Under the pieces are notes generated by a model. The model saw only the letters and a program-made list of their open reading frames with translations. It ran no database searches and was not told the origin of the DNA. A stretch of 64,000 nt of DNA. Source: an uncultured Gemmatimonadales bacterium (GTDB lineage: Bacteria; Gemmatimonadota; Gemmatimonadetes; Longimicrobiales; Longimicrobiaceae). Below, one piece after another: positions 53,481-61,534 of this stretch. The DNA lies in assembly GCA_963716255.1 (NCBI GenBank), contig OY970303.1:832001-896000 (forward strand). Reading direction: 5' to 3'. Each line of letters opens with the position of its first letter. Position 1 is the stretch's first letter. The translations under genes and the position numbers were made by a program.

Positions 53481-55634
53481 TCAAAAACCGGAGGCGGCGG
53501 ACGCGCGCCGGAGCGCGTCGAGGCGTCCAAGGGTGTCGCGGAAGCGGATGTCGAAGGCGAGGACGCGCTCGTAGGCGCCCTGGGCGGCGGCGGTGTTCCC
53601 CATGGCCTCCTGGCAGCGCCCCAGCTGGTAGACGACGCCCACCACGTCCGCCTCGCCGGTGCCGGGGATCTGGAGCGCCCTTTCCAGCACGCGCGAAGCG
53701 ACGGCGAATTGGCCCTTGTCCACGAAGCAGCGCCCGAGCAGCTCCAGCGTCGCCAGCGGGCTGGCCCCGGCGCGCAGCGCCACCTGGAACTGGGCGATGG
53801 CCTCGTCCACCAGCCCCATCTCCATGAAGGCCAGCCCCAGGTCGTAGTGGCTGGCGGCGTCCTCGGCGGAGATGTTCTCGTTGACCTTCTGCCGGAACAC
53901 GGCGAGCATGTCGGCGAAGTCGCGGTCCTCGTCGCCGGTGGGCTCCTCCTCTTCCACGACGAAGCGGGTGGTGCGCTCGGCAGGCTCGTCGTCCAGGATC
54001 AGCGAGCCCAGGTCCACGTACTCCTCGGCCTGGGGGGCCGCGGGCGCGGAGGCGGCGGGCGCGGCCGGCACGGCGAGCACGCGCCGGGCCTCCTCGTTGG
54101 CGGAGTCCATCTCCAGCACGCGCTGGTAGACGGCGCGCGACTTGGGGTTGTCGGCGGGGGAGCCGAGGTGCCGCCCCAGGTCCAGGTACGCGCGCACCAT
54201 GGACTCGGTGTCGGCGGCGCGGAAGGCGTACTCCACCTGCTTCTGGTAGACGGCGGTGTCCTCGGGGCGCCGGGCGAGGAGGGAGCGCACCGCACCGATG
54301 GCCTCGCGGTACAGCCCGCGGGAGGCCAGGTCGCGGTGCGCGGCGACGAGCACCTCCTGGGCCCCGGCGCCCTCCCCGCGGTCCTCCAGCAGGTCCACCA
54401 GCCGGTGCAGCGCGGCGGTGTCGTCGGGGGCGGCGGCGACGCGCTCGCGCAGCGCCTCCACCGTCTCGCGCGCGGCGGCGGGCTCGGGGGCCAGGTCGAA
54501 GCCGACGTCCAGGAGCGCGGGGGCGTCGCCGGGCGCGGGACCGGCGTCCACGTCCAGGAACGGGAGCGGCTCCCCGTCCGTCCCGTCGTCGTCCTCGTCG
54601 TCGAAGCCGGGGAGGGGCTCCAGCTCGGCCAGCTCGTGGGATGCCGGGAAATCGTCCAGCGCGGGGGGCGGCGCGGCGGGCCCAGGCGCGAGCGAGGTGT
54701 GCTCGATCTCCAGCCCGGAGTCGAGGAGAGGGAGCGTGCCGCCCCGGTCTTCCTCCGCCCCGGCTTCCCCGCCCCACGAGGAATAGCCTTCCGCGGTCTC
54801 CAGCCCCTCCAGCGCGCCGATCTCGGCCGCGCCCGCGGCTTCCGCGGTCACCGGCAGGTCCAGCCCGGCGACGGGGGCGGCCTCCACCGGCTCGTCGGAC
54901 GGCTCGATGCTGCCGTGGAACTCCAGGGCGAAGGCGTCGCCGCCGTCCGCCTCGTCCTCGGGCTCGGCGTAGCTGAAGTCCTCCGGCGCGGCGGCGGCGG
55001 CGGGGGTCGGCGCGGCCCGGGCGGACAGGTCGGCGTACGGGTCGATGGCGAGCACGCGCTGCTGGGTCGCCTCGGCGGCGGCCTCGTCGCCGCGCGCGCG
55101 CTGGTGGTCGCGCAGCGCGAGGAGCTGCGCGACGGCCTGCTCCTGGTGGCCGTGGGCGAGGAGCTGCTCGGCGAGGAGGACGCGGACCTCGGTGTCGTCG
55201 GGCGACAGGTCGGCGAACTCGTTGAGCGCGGCGAAGGAGGCGTCGAGCTGTCCGGCGCGCTGCATGCGCGCGGCGTACTCCAGGAAGTTCTGGCGGGCGT
55301 CGGCGAGGAAGCCGTGGGCGGCGCTGATCTGCCCCAGCTTCAGGTACACGGAGGCGCGGGCGGGAGCGATCCGCAGCACCTTGCGGCAGAGGGCGATGGC
55401 GTTGTTGTGGAGCCCGGCCTCGGAGTACGCGTCCACGGCGCGGTCGTACGCTTCCACGGCGCGGTCGGCCTGCCCCAGCCGGATGTGGATGTCCCCGATG
55501 CGGTTCCAGAGCCCGACCTCGACTTCTTCGGGCGCCTGCTCGACGAGCTGGAGGTAGACGTCCAGCGCCTCCTTCCACTGGTCCCTCTGTTCGAGGGCGC
55601 GGGCGCGCTCCCTGAGCTGTGCGACGTTCGCCAT
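53481..55634 (-). CDS. multi-TPR protein with acidic linker
   Basis: TPRs at both ends; C-terminal SHYDLGLAFMEMGLVDEAIAQF and D..FRD..RL. Confidence 0.85.
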   Translation of the reverse strand: MANVAQLRERARALEQRDQWKEALDVYLQLVEQAPEEVEVGLWNRIGDIHIRLGQADRAVEAYDRAVDAYSEAGLHNNAIALCRKVLRIAPARASVYLKLGQISAAHGFLADARQNFLEYAARMQRAGQLDASFAALNEFADLSPDDTEVRVLLAEQLLAHGHQEQAVAQLLALRDHQRARGDEAAAEATQQRVLAIDPYADLSARAAPTPAAAAAPEDFSYAEPEDEADGGDAFALEFHGSIEPSDEPVEAAPVAGLDLPVTAEAAGAAEIGALEGLETAEGYSSWGGEAGAEEDRGGTLPLLDSGLEIEHTSLAPGPAAPPPALDDFPASHELAELEPLPGFDDEDDDGTDGEPLPFLDVDAGPAPGDAPALLDVGFDLAPEPAAARETVEALRERVAAAPDDTAALHRLVDLLEDRGEGAGAQEVLVAAHRDLASRGLYREAIGAVRSLLARRPEDTAVYQKQVEYAFRAADTESMVRAYLDLGRHLGSPADNPKSRAVYQRVLEMDSANEEARRVLAVPAAPAASAPAAPQAEEYVDLGSLILDDEPAERTTRFVVEEEEPTGDEDRDFADMLAVFRQKVNENISAEDAASHYDLGLAFMEMGLVDEAIAQFQVALRAGASPLATLELLGRCFVDKGQFAVASRVLERALQIPGTGEADVVGVVYQLGRCQEAMGNTAAAQGAYERVLAFDIRFRDTLGRLDALRRASAASGF

Positions 55635-55799
55635 GGATGGACGAAGGGGGGAACGACGGGGACTGGCTCGCCCGCGAGGGCGGGGAGCCGGGAACAGCGG
55701 CGCCGCCGGGGCATGGCCCGGGCGGCGCGCTCGCGGTGAGCAAGCTCCGCAAAATAACGGCTTTGCGGGACCCGAACAAGCAAGGGCCCCCGCGGCGGG

Positions 55800-57050
55800 T
55801 CAGACCACCCGGTGCCCCCGCTTCCAGACGCCGGCGCAGACGGGCGCGGCGAGCCGGTACGGGATCTCGGCGACGCTCCCGGCGCGCCAGAGCGCCAGGT
55901 CGGCGGGGGCGCCGGGGGCGAGGGTCCCGCGCCCGTCGGCGATCTCCAGGGCGGCGGCTCCGCCGGCGGTGGCGGCGCGCAGCGCCTCGGCGGGGCTCAT
56001 CCCCATGCGCGAGCAGGCTGCGGTCATCGCGAACGGCAGCGACGGGGTGGGCGAGGAGCCGGGGTTGAAGTCGGTGGCGAGGGCGACCGTGGCGCCTGCC
56101 TCCAGGAGCGCCCGCGCGGGGGCGAACCGGGGGCGCCCCAGGAAGAACAGGGTCGCGGGGAGGAGGGTGGCCACGGTGCCTGAGGCGGCGAGGGCGCGGA
56201 TGCCGGCCTCGGAGATGTCGCCCAGGTGGTCGGCGGAGGCGGCGCCCAGCTCGGCGGCCAGCTCGGCGCCGCCGCTCCCCTCGAGCTCGTCGGCGTGGAG
56301 CTTGGGGCGCAGGCCGTGGTCCAGCCCTGCGCGCAGGATGCGCTCGGTCTGCGCGCGGTCGAACACGCCGGGCTCCATGAACACGTCGCAGAAGCGCGCG
56401 AGCCCGGCCCCGGCGACGGCGGGAATGGACTCCTCCACCAGCAGGTCGACGTACGCGTCGCGCCGGTCGCGGTACTCGGGGGGGAACTCGTGCGCTCCAA
56501 GGAAGGTGGGGACCAGCTCGATGGGCTGCATCTCGCCCAGGCGGCGGATGGCGCGCAGCGTCTTGAGCTCGTCGGCGGTGCTCAGCCCGTAGCCGCTCTT
56601 GACCTCGGCGGTGGTGGTGCCGTTCTGCAGCATCTCGCGCAGCCTGGGGAGCGCCATCCGCACCAGGTCGTCCTCGCTGCGCTCGCGCAGGTCGCGCACG
56701 GAGGCGTTGATGCCGCCGCCGCGCCGGGCGATCTCCATGTACGGCACGCCGGTGCAGCGGAGCACGTACTCGTCCGCGCGCCACCGCCCGAACACGGCGT
56801 GGGTGTGCGAGTCCACCAGCCCGGGCGTGAGCACGCCGCCCTCGCAGTCCACGCGCTGCGCGCCCGGCCAGCGCGCCAGCAGCTCGCCCTCCGCTCCGAT
56901 GGCTGCGATGCGGCCGTCCCGCACGGCGACGGCGGCGCCCTCCTGCACGGCGGCGGGGTCGCGATCTTCCGCGGAGGAGGTGGGGCCGGTGCAGGCGGCG
57001 ACCTGGGCGGCGTTGGTGAAGACGAGGGTTGCGGCGGCGGATTCGGGCAT
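55800..57050 (-). CDS. hutI: imidazolonepropionase
   Basis: PGLVDSHTH, GGGI.ASV, E.KSGYGL, HADEL, SADHL, ATDFNPGSSP. Confidence 0.95.
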   Translation of the reverse strand: MPESAAATLVFTNAAQVAACTGPTSSAEDRDPAAVQEGAAVAVRDGRIAAIGAEGELLARWPGAQRVDCEGGVLTPGLVDSHTHAVFGRWRADEYVLRCTGVPYMEIARRGGGINASVRDLRERSEDDLVRMALPRLREMLQNGTTTAEVKSGYGLSTADELKTLRAIRRLGEMQPIELVPTFLGAHEFPPEYRDRRDAYVDLLVEESIPAVAGAGLARFCDVFMEPGVFDRAQTERILRAGLDHGLRPKLHADELEGSGGAELAAELGAASADHLGDISEAGIRALAASGTVATLLPATLFFLGRPRFAPARALLEAGATVALATDFNPGSSPTPSLPFAMTAACSRMGMSPAEALRAATAGGAAALEIADGRGTLAPGAPADLALWRAGSVAEIPYRLAAPVCAGVWKRGHRVV

Positions 57051-57146
57051 CGTCTGCGTTGTTCGAAGGTTGGGGCAGGATCCGGTGCGTGGTGCTCGGG
57101 CGCGGGGAGGGGGCCGGGGGGAGGGGGCCCGCCGTTGCCGTTCGCG

Positions 57147-57299
57147 GTTCCGCAGTACCCACATGATTCGTTGCGGAGGGAGACAGCCGGCAGTTTGGCT
57201 GGCTCCCTCCGGCGGAGGGAGACCCGGGGCTGTTTCCGGGGCTCCCGGAGCCCGCGTAGGAAACAGGCCGGCCGTTTGGCCTGGTTCCGGAGCGGTCCC
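57147..57299 (+). repeat. family C structured intergenic repeat
   Basis: Aligns with 25292-25450. Confidence 0.88.
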
Positions 57300-57448
57300 G
57301 TCCCCGCCCCCACGGCTCGATCCCCGGAAATCCACGAAAGCCACGACTGGCGGAGTTCTTGCGAATTCCGACGCGGGCGGGCTACATGCTATGTCCGCCC
57401 GGCGCACCGCGTCAACACGCCTCCCACCGCCAGACCGGAATCCCGACC

Positions 57449-60124
57449 ATGGTCGAAGTCTCGACGACGCCCCCCTCCGAACGCTACCCCGGCCGCCCTC
57501 CGGAGGGGCGCCTGGTGGTGATCGCCCCCACGCGGGCGTCGTGCGAGACCATCGAGATCGGGGTGCAGCTCACGGACGTGACAACCATCCTGGAGCGCGA
57601 GCACGGCACGGAGATCCGCCAGCTGTCGCGCGAGGGAAAGGGCTTCGGGATCGTGGCGGGGACGGGGACGGGGAAGACGCTGGCGGTGCGCAGCATGGCG
57701 CAGGAGATCGTGGGGACGGAGCTGCGGGTGGGGGTGGTGAACCGGGAGCGCGAGGCGACGCCGGAAACGCCCAGCTGGAACGTGGTGATCGTGACCACGG
57801 GGATCGCGCGGCGCTGGCTGCAGGACGACCTGATCACGGCGGACGACGTGGTGGTGGTGGACGAGATCCACCAGACGTCGGCGGAGCTGGAGCTGTGCCT
57901 GGCGCTGGCGAAGCGCGCGGGGTGCCGCTTCATCTGGCTGTCGGCGACGGTGGACCCCACCTTCTACGCGGAGTACCTGGAGTCGTCGACTGTGATCGCG
58001 TCGTCGGCGTACGACCCGGCGCGGGCGGCGCGGGTGCGGGTGTCCAACACGGCGAGCCCGCTGGACTTCCTGGCGGAGCGCTTTCTCCGCCACGTGAAGA
58101 AGGAGCGGCGCGGGGTGGCGGTGTTCGTCCCCACGCGGGCGGGGACGGAGCAGGTGGCGAAGCAGATCGGAGACAAGTGGCCGGGGATCTTCGCGGAGTA
58201 CTACCACGGCGGCGAGCCGGTGGCGAAGCTGGCGCCCTTCCTGGGCGGCGAGGCACCGAAGCCGTACGTGCTGGCGATGACGGCGGCGGGGCAGTCGGCG
58301 CTGAACATCCGCGGGCTGGACACGGTGATCATCGAGGACGCGCAGTTCACCACGCTGGTGAAGAAGGGGAAGCGGGTGCTGACGCGCCTGCCGCTGGGCG
58401 CCAACGAGATCCTGCAGATGGCGGGGCGGGTGCACGGGCGGGTGGAGAACGGGGAGGTGTACATCCTGTCGGAGCGGGCGATCGACTTCGCGAAGCTGGA
58501 GCCCACGGCCCCCAACTTCCAGCTGGCGGGCGACCCGGAGCGGGTGGCGATGACCTGCGCGGACATGGGGGTGCGCGCGGACGAGCTGGAGCTGCCGGTG
58601 CCGCTGGACCGCATCGCCTACCGGCGCGCGGTGGAAACGCTGGAGCGGCGCGGGCTGATCTCGGGGAACCGGCTCACGGACTACGGCCGCCGGGTGGAGG
58701 TGCTCCCGGTGGACCGCCCCTGGGGGGAGCTGCTGGTGAGGAGCCCGGAGGAGCTGGTGCCGGTGGTGGCGACGTGCTCCAGCATCGAGTCGCTGCACCG
58801 CATGCTCCGCCCGGACAACGACATCGCGGCGTTTGTGGTGCCGGGGAGCGACCACCTGACGGCGTACCGCATCTACGAGGACGCGCTGCGCAGCTGCGGC
58901 GCGCTGGGGAGCGTGTACGGCCTGCCGCGGCACGTGTTCGACGACGAGGCGCTGGCGGCGTGGGCGGAGGAGCGGGGGGTGCTGGTGAGGTCCATCGAGG
59001 ACGCGGCGCTGGCGATCGCCTCCATCTACCGCTCGCTGGACCTGGAGCTGCCGCGCCACCTGCCGCGCATGAGCGACGAGCTGCACCGCGGGTGGCAGCG
59101 CCTGCTGGCGGAGGTGATGCCCTTCGACCTGGTGATCGACGAGGAGACGAGCTGGGGCGAGGAGGTGCGGGTGTCGCAGAGCAGCGTGTGCGGCAGGTAC
59201 GGGGCGATCGCGGGGGAGCTGCGCTACTTCTCGGACCGGGCGGGACGGGCGCGCGGCGCCATCGAGGGGACGGAGATCCCGTACAACTTCCTGTGGGAGT
59301 TCGCGGACCCGGGGGAGCCGGAGATCCTGTACGACCCGGGGCACCGCCGCACGCCGCTGCGCGCGAAGCGGGTGAGGAGCTTCCACGGCTTCGAGCTGGA
59401 CTCGGAGGTGCAGGCGCTGGACGTGTTCCCCCCGGAGCTGGCGGAGGCGGCGCGGCGCAGGCTGGCGGAGGCGATGGCGGCGGGCGGCTCGTACCACTCC
59501 TCGGCCAAGGCGAACCGCGACACGGTGCGCGAGCTGCGCGAGGTGTTCCGGCGCTCGTCGGGGGCGACGCGCGACGCGAGCGAGAAGGAGCTGGCGGCGT
59601 ACTTCCTGGAGCGGATGCGGGGGATCGATTCGTACGCGGCGTTCATGGACGCGGAGCTGCGCCTGGACCCGGAGGAGTTCGCGCCGGCGGCGGAGCGCGA
59701 GCGGTGGATGGCGCTGCCGGGAACGGTGACGCTGCACGACGCGGAGTACCCGCTGGACTACGGCTTCGAGGGGCAGCAGCCGGTCGTGCGGGTGCGGGTG
59801 CCGGCGAAGGCGCTGCGCTTCATGGACGACGACGACCTGCCGGAGCTGGACCGGCCGATCCACTGGACGGTGACGCGCGGCAAGCAGGAGGCGATCCGCG
59901 CGGCCACGGTGGAGGAGGCCCGCATCCGCCTGGACGAGGCGCGCGCGGAGCAGACGCAGGCGTGGAAGGACCAGGAGTTCATGGAGGTGGTGGGCGACCG
60001 CCCCCGGCGGAAGGGACAGCAGGGCCGGGGGCGCGGCGGCAAGCCGGCGCACGCGGGGCCCAAGCCGCCGAAGCGCGGGGGGCGGGGCGGCGGCCGCGGG
60101 GGGGGACGGCGGCGGCGCGGCTGA
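57449..60124 (+). CDS. SF2 DExH-box helicase (HrpA/HrpB-like, divergent)
   Basis: GTGTGKT, DEIH, SAT, VFVPTR, LNI.GLD.VI, QMAGR; RGG tail. Confidence 0.85.
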   Translation: MVEVSTTPPSERYPGRPPEGRLVVIAPTRASCETIEIGVQLTDVTTILEREHGTEIRQLSREGKGFGIVAGTGTGKTLAVRSMAQEIVGTELRVGVVNREREATPETPSWNVVIVTTGIARRWLQDDLITADDVVVVDEIHQTSAELELCLALAKRAGCRFIWLSATVDPTFYAEYLESSTVIASSAYDPARAARVRVSNTASPLDFLAERFLRHVKKERRGVAVFVPTRAGTEQVAKQIGDKWPGIFAEYYHGGEPVAKLAPFLGGEAPKPYVLAMTAAGQSALNIRGLDTVIIEDAQFTTLVKKGKRVLTRLPLGANEILQMAGRVHGRVENGEVYILSERAIDFAKLEPTAPNFQLAGDPERVAMTCADMGVRADELELPVPLDRIAYRRAVETLERRGLISGNRLTDYGRRVEVLPVDRPWGELLVRSPEELVPVVATCSSIESLHRMLRPDNDIAAFVVPGSDHLTAYRIYEDALRSCGALGSVYGLPRHVFDDEALAAWAEERGVLVRSIEDAALAIASIYRSLDLELPRHLPRMSDELHRGWQRLLAEVMPFDLVIDEETSWGEEVRVSQSSVCGRYGAIAGELRYFSDRAGRARGAIEGTEIPYNFLWEFADPGEPEILYDPGHRRTPLRAKRVRSFHGFELDSEVQALDVFPPELAEAARRRLAEAMAAGGSYHSSAKANRDTVRELREVFRRSSGATRDASEKELAAYFLERMRGIDSYAAFMDAELRLDPEEFAPAAERERWMALPGTVTLHDAEYPLDYGFEGQQPVVRVRVPAKALRFMDDDDLPELDRPIHWTVTRGKQEAIRAATVEEARIRLDEARAEQTQAWKDQEFMEVVGDRPRRKGQQGRGRGGKPAHAGPKPPKRGGRGGGRGGGRRRRG

Positions 60125-60149
60125 CGGCGCAGGACGGGGGACGCGGGGG

Positions 60150-60188
60150 GGGGCGGGCGGAGCGATCCGCCCGCCCCCGGTTCTTTCT
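60150..60188 (+). terminator. rho-independent terminator
   Basis: GGGCGGGCGGA/TCCGCCCGCCC stem followed by TTCTTTCT. Confidence 0.6.
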
Positions 60189-60254
60189 GCTTGACCGCGG
60201 CGCGTGCGCGCAATACTATATCGTCAGACGATACATCGACCCCCGAGCATCGAC

Positions 60255-60629
60255 ATGCCGAACGACGACCCGAGCGCCCCGGCCCCCCGGCGGCTCCTCC
60301 CGCTCACCCCGGCCAGCCTGCACGTCCTGCTGGCGCTGGCGGACGGGGAGCGGCACGGGTACGGGATCATGCGCGAGGTGGAGGAGCGCACCGGCGGCGA
60401 GCTGCGCCTGGGCCCGGGCACGCTGTACGGCTCGCTGAAGCGGATGCTGGGCGAGGGGCTGATCGCGGAGGCGGGCGAGCGCGCGGACCCGCAGCTGGGC
60501 GACGAGCGCCGCCGCTACTACGGGATCACGGCGCTGGGACGCGCGACGGCGGCGGCGGAGGCGCGGCGGCTGGACGCGCTGGTGCGCCTGGCCCGCAGCA
60601 AGCGCCTGATCGGCCCGGAGCCGGCGTGA
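60255..60629 (+). CDS. PadR family transcriptional regulator
   Basis: LLAL.DGERHGYGIM.EV, GPGTLYGSLKR, RRRYY.IT..G. Confidence 0.93.
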   Translation: MPNDDPSAPAPRRLLPLTPASLHVLLALADGERHGYGIMREVEERTGGELRLGPGTLYGSLKRMLGEGLIAEAGERADPQLGDERRRYYGITALGRATAAAEARRLDALVRLARSKRLIGPEPA

Positions 60630-61081
60630 GCGCGCGTCCTCCGCGGCCGGACGCGGCCGAGCGCCTGTACGCCCTGATCCTGCGCGCTTACCCCGCGGCC
60701 TTCCGCGAGCGCTTCGGCGCGGAGATGCGGCAGCTCTTCCGCGACCGCCGGCAGGGCGCGACGGAGCGGGGCGAGGGCGCCGCGCGCTTCTGGCTGGATC
60801 TCGCGGCGGACACCGTCCGCGCCCTCCCGGCGCAGCACCTGGCCGCCCTGCGCGAGCGGCGGCATGCCTCGCCCGCGCGCACTCCCTTTCACCGCTTCCA
60901 GGATAGAGCCATGATCTTTCGCAAGCTGGCCGGCGCCCTGCTGGTCGTGATCGCCCTGGTCCACATCGGCATAGACGTGGCCCACCCCCACAGCAGCATG
61001 GGCGGGCTCGCCATCCTGCTGACGGCGCTGATGCTCGCGGCGGGCGCGGTGCTGCTGGTGTACCGGCGCCGCGCGGCCTGA
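60626..61081 (+). CDS. PadR-associated membrane protein
   Basis: GTGA overlap; RLY..L.RAYP..FRERFG.EM prefix and two C-terminal TMs. Confidence 0.75.
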   Translation: MSARPPRPDAAERLYALILRAYPAAFRERFGAEMRQLFRDRRQGATERGEGAARFWLDLAADTVRALPAQHLAALRERRHASPARTPFHRFQDRAMIFRKLAGALLVVIALVHIGIDVAHPHSSMGGLAILLTALMLAAGAVLLVYRRRAA

Positions 61082-61098
61082 CGGGAGGCCCCCGGCGG

Positions 61099-61160
61099 CC
61101 CCCACCCGGATCGCTCAGGCTCGTACGGCTTGGCCCCTATCCCCCAATTCTGGGGGAGGG
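61099..61160 (+). repeat. family B REP-like repeat (variant)
   Basis: CCCCCACCCGGATCGCTCAGGCTCG...CCCCTATCCCCCAATTCTGGGGGAGGG; similar to 18990-19052. Confidence 0.75.
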
Positions 61161-61534
61161 CTTCCTGACCCTCGCCCACCGACGTGTCGTTGAGGGCTCC
61201 CTCTTTCCCCGCTTGCGGGGAAGAGGGGCCGGAGGATCTTCGACGAACCCAGAGTCAGCGCCTCCACCCCCTTTTGCGCTCCTGGCGAGGTGGAGTCCGG
61301 CGCGCAGGGCGGCCCTCCGCGGGGGGGCCGCGTCCGATTGTGGGACGACGTTTCCCATTTCCGGACTGCGCCGCACCGGACGCACGGATCCAAGTGCTTG
61401 CGGCGCAGCATGATGAATTACCTCCCTCACGGGAACGGATCTGGCCCCTCACGCGCTGGCCGCCGGGATCACCCCCACGATCCGCCCGACCGACGTGCGG
61501 CCGCTCGCGCGGTCCACCCTCACCGAAGCATGCA

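Noticed and set aside
53458..60438. Very long overlapping ORFs (1234, 1279, 1010 and 887 aa) and similar ORFs elsewhere
   Set aside because: Shadow or antisense frames of recognisable genes, expected at this GC content
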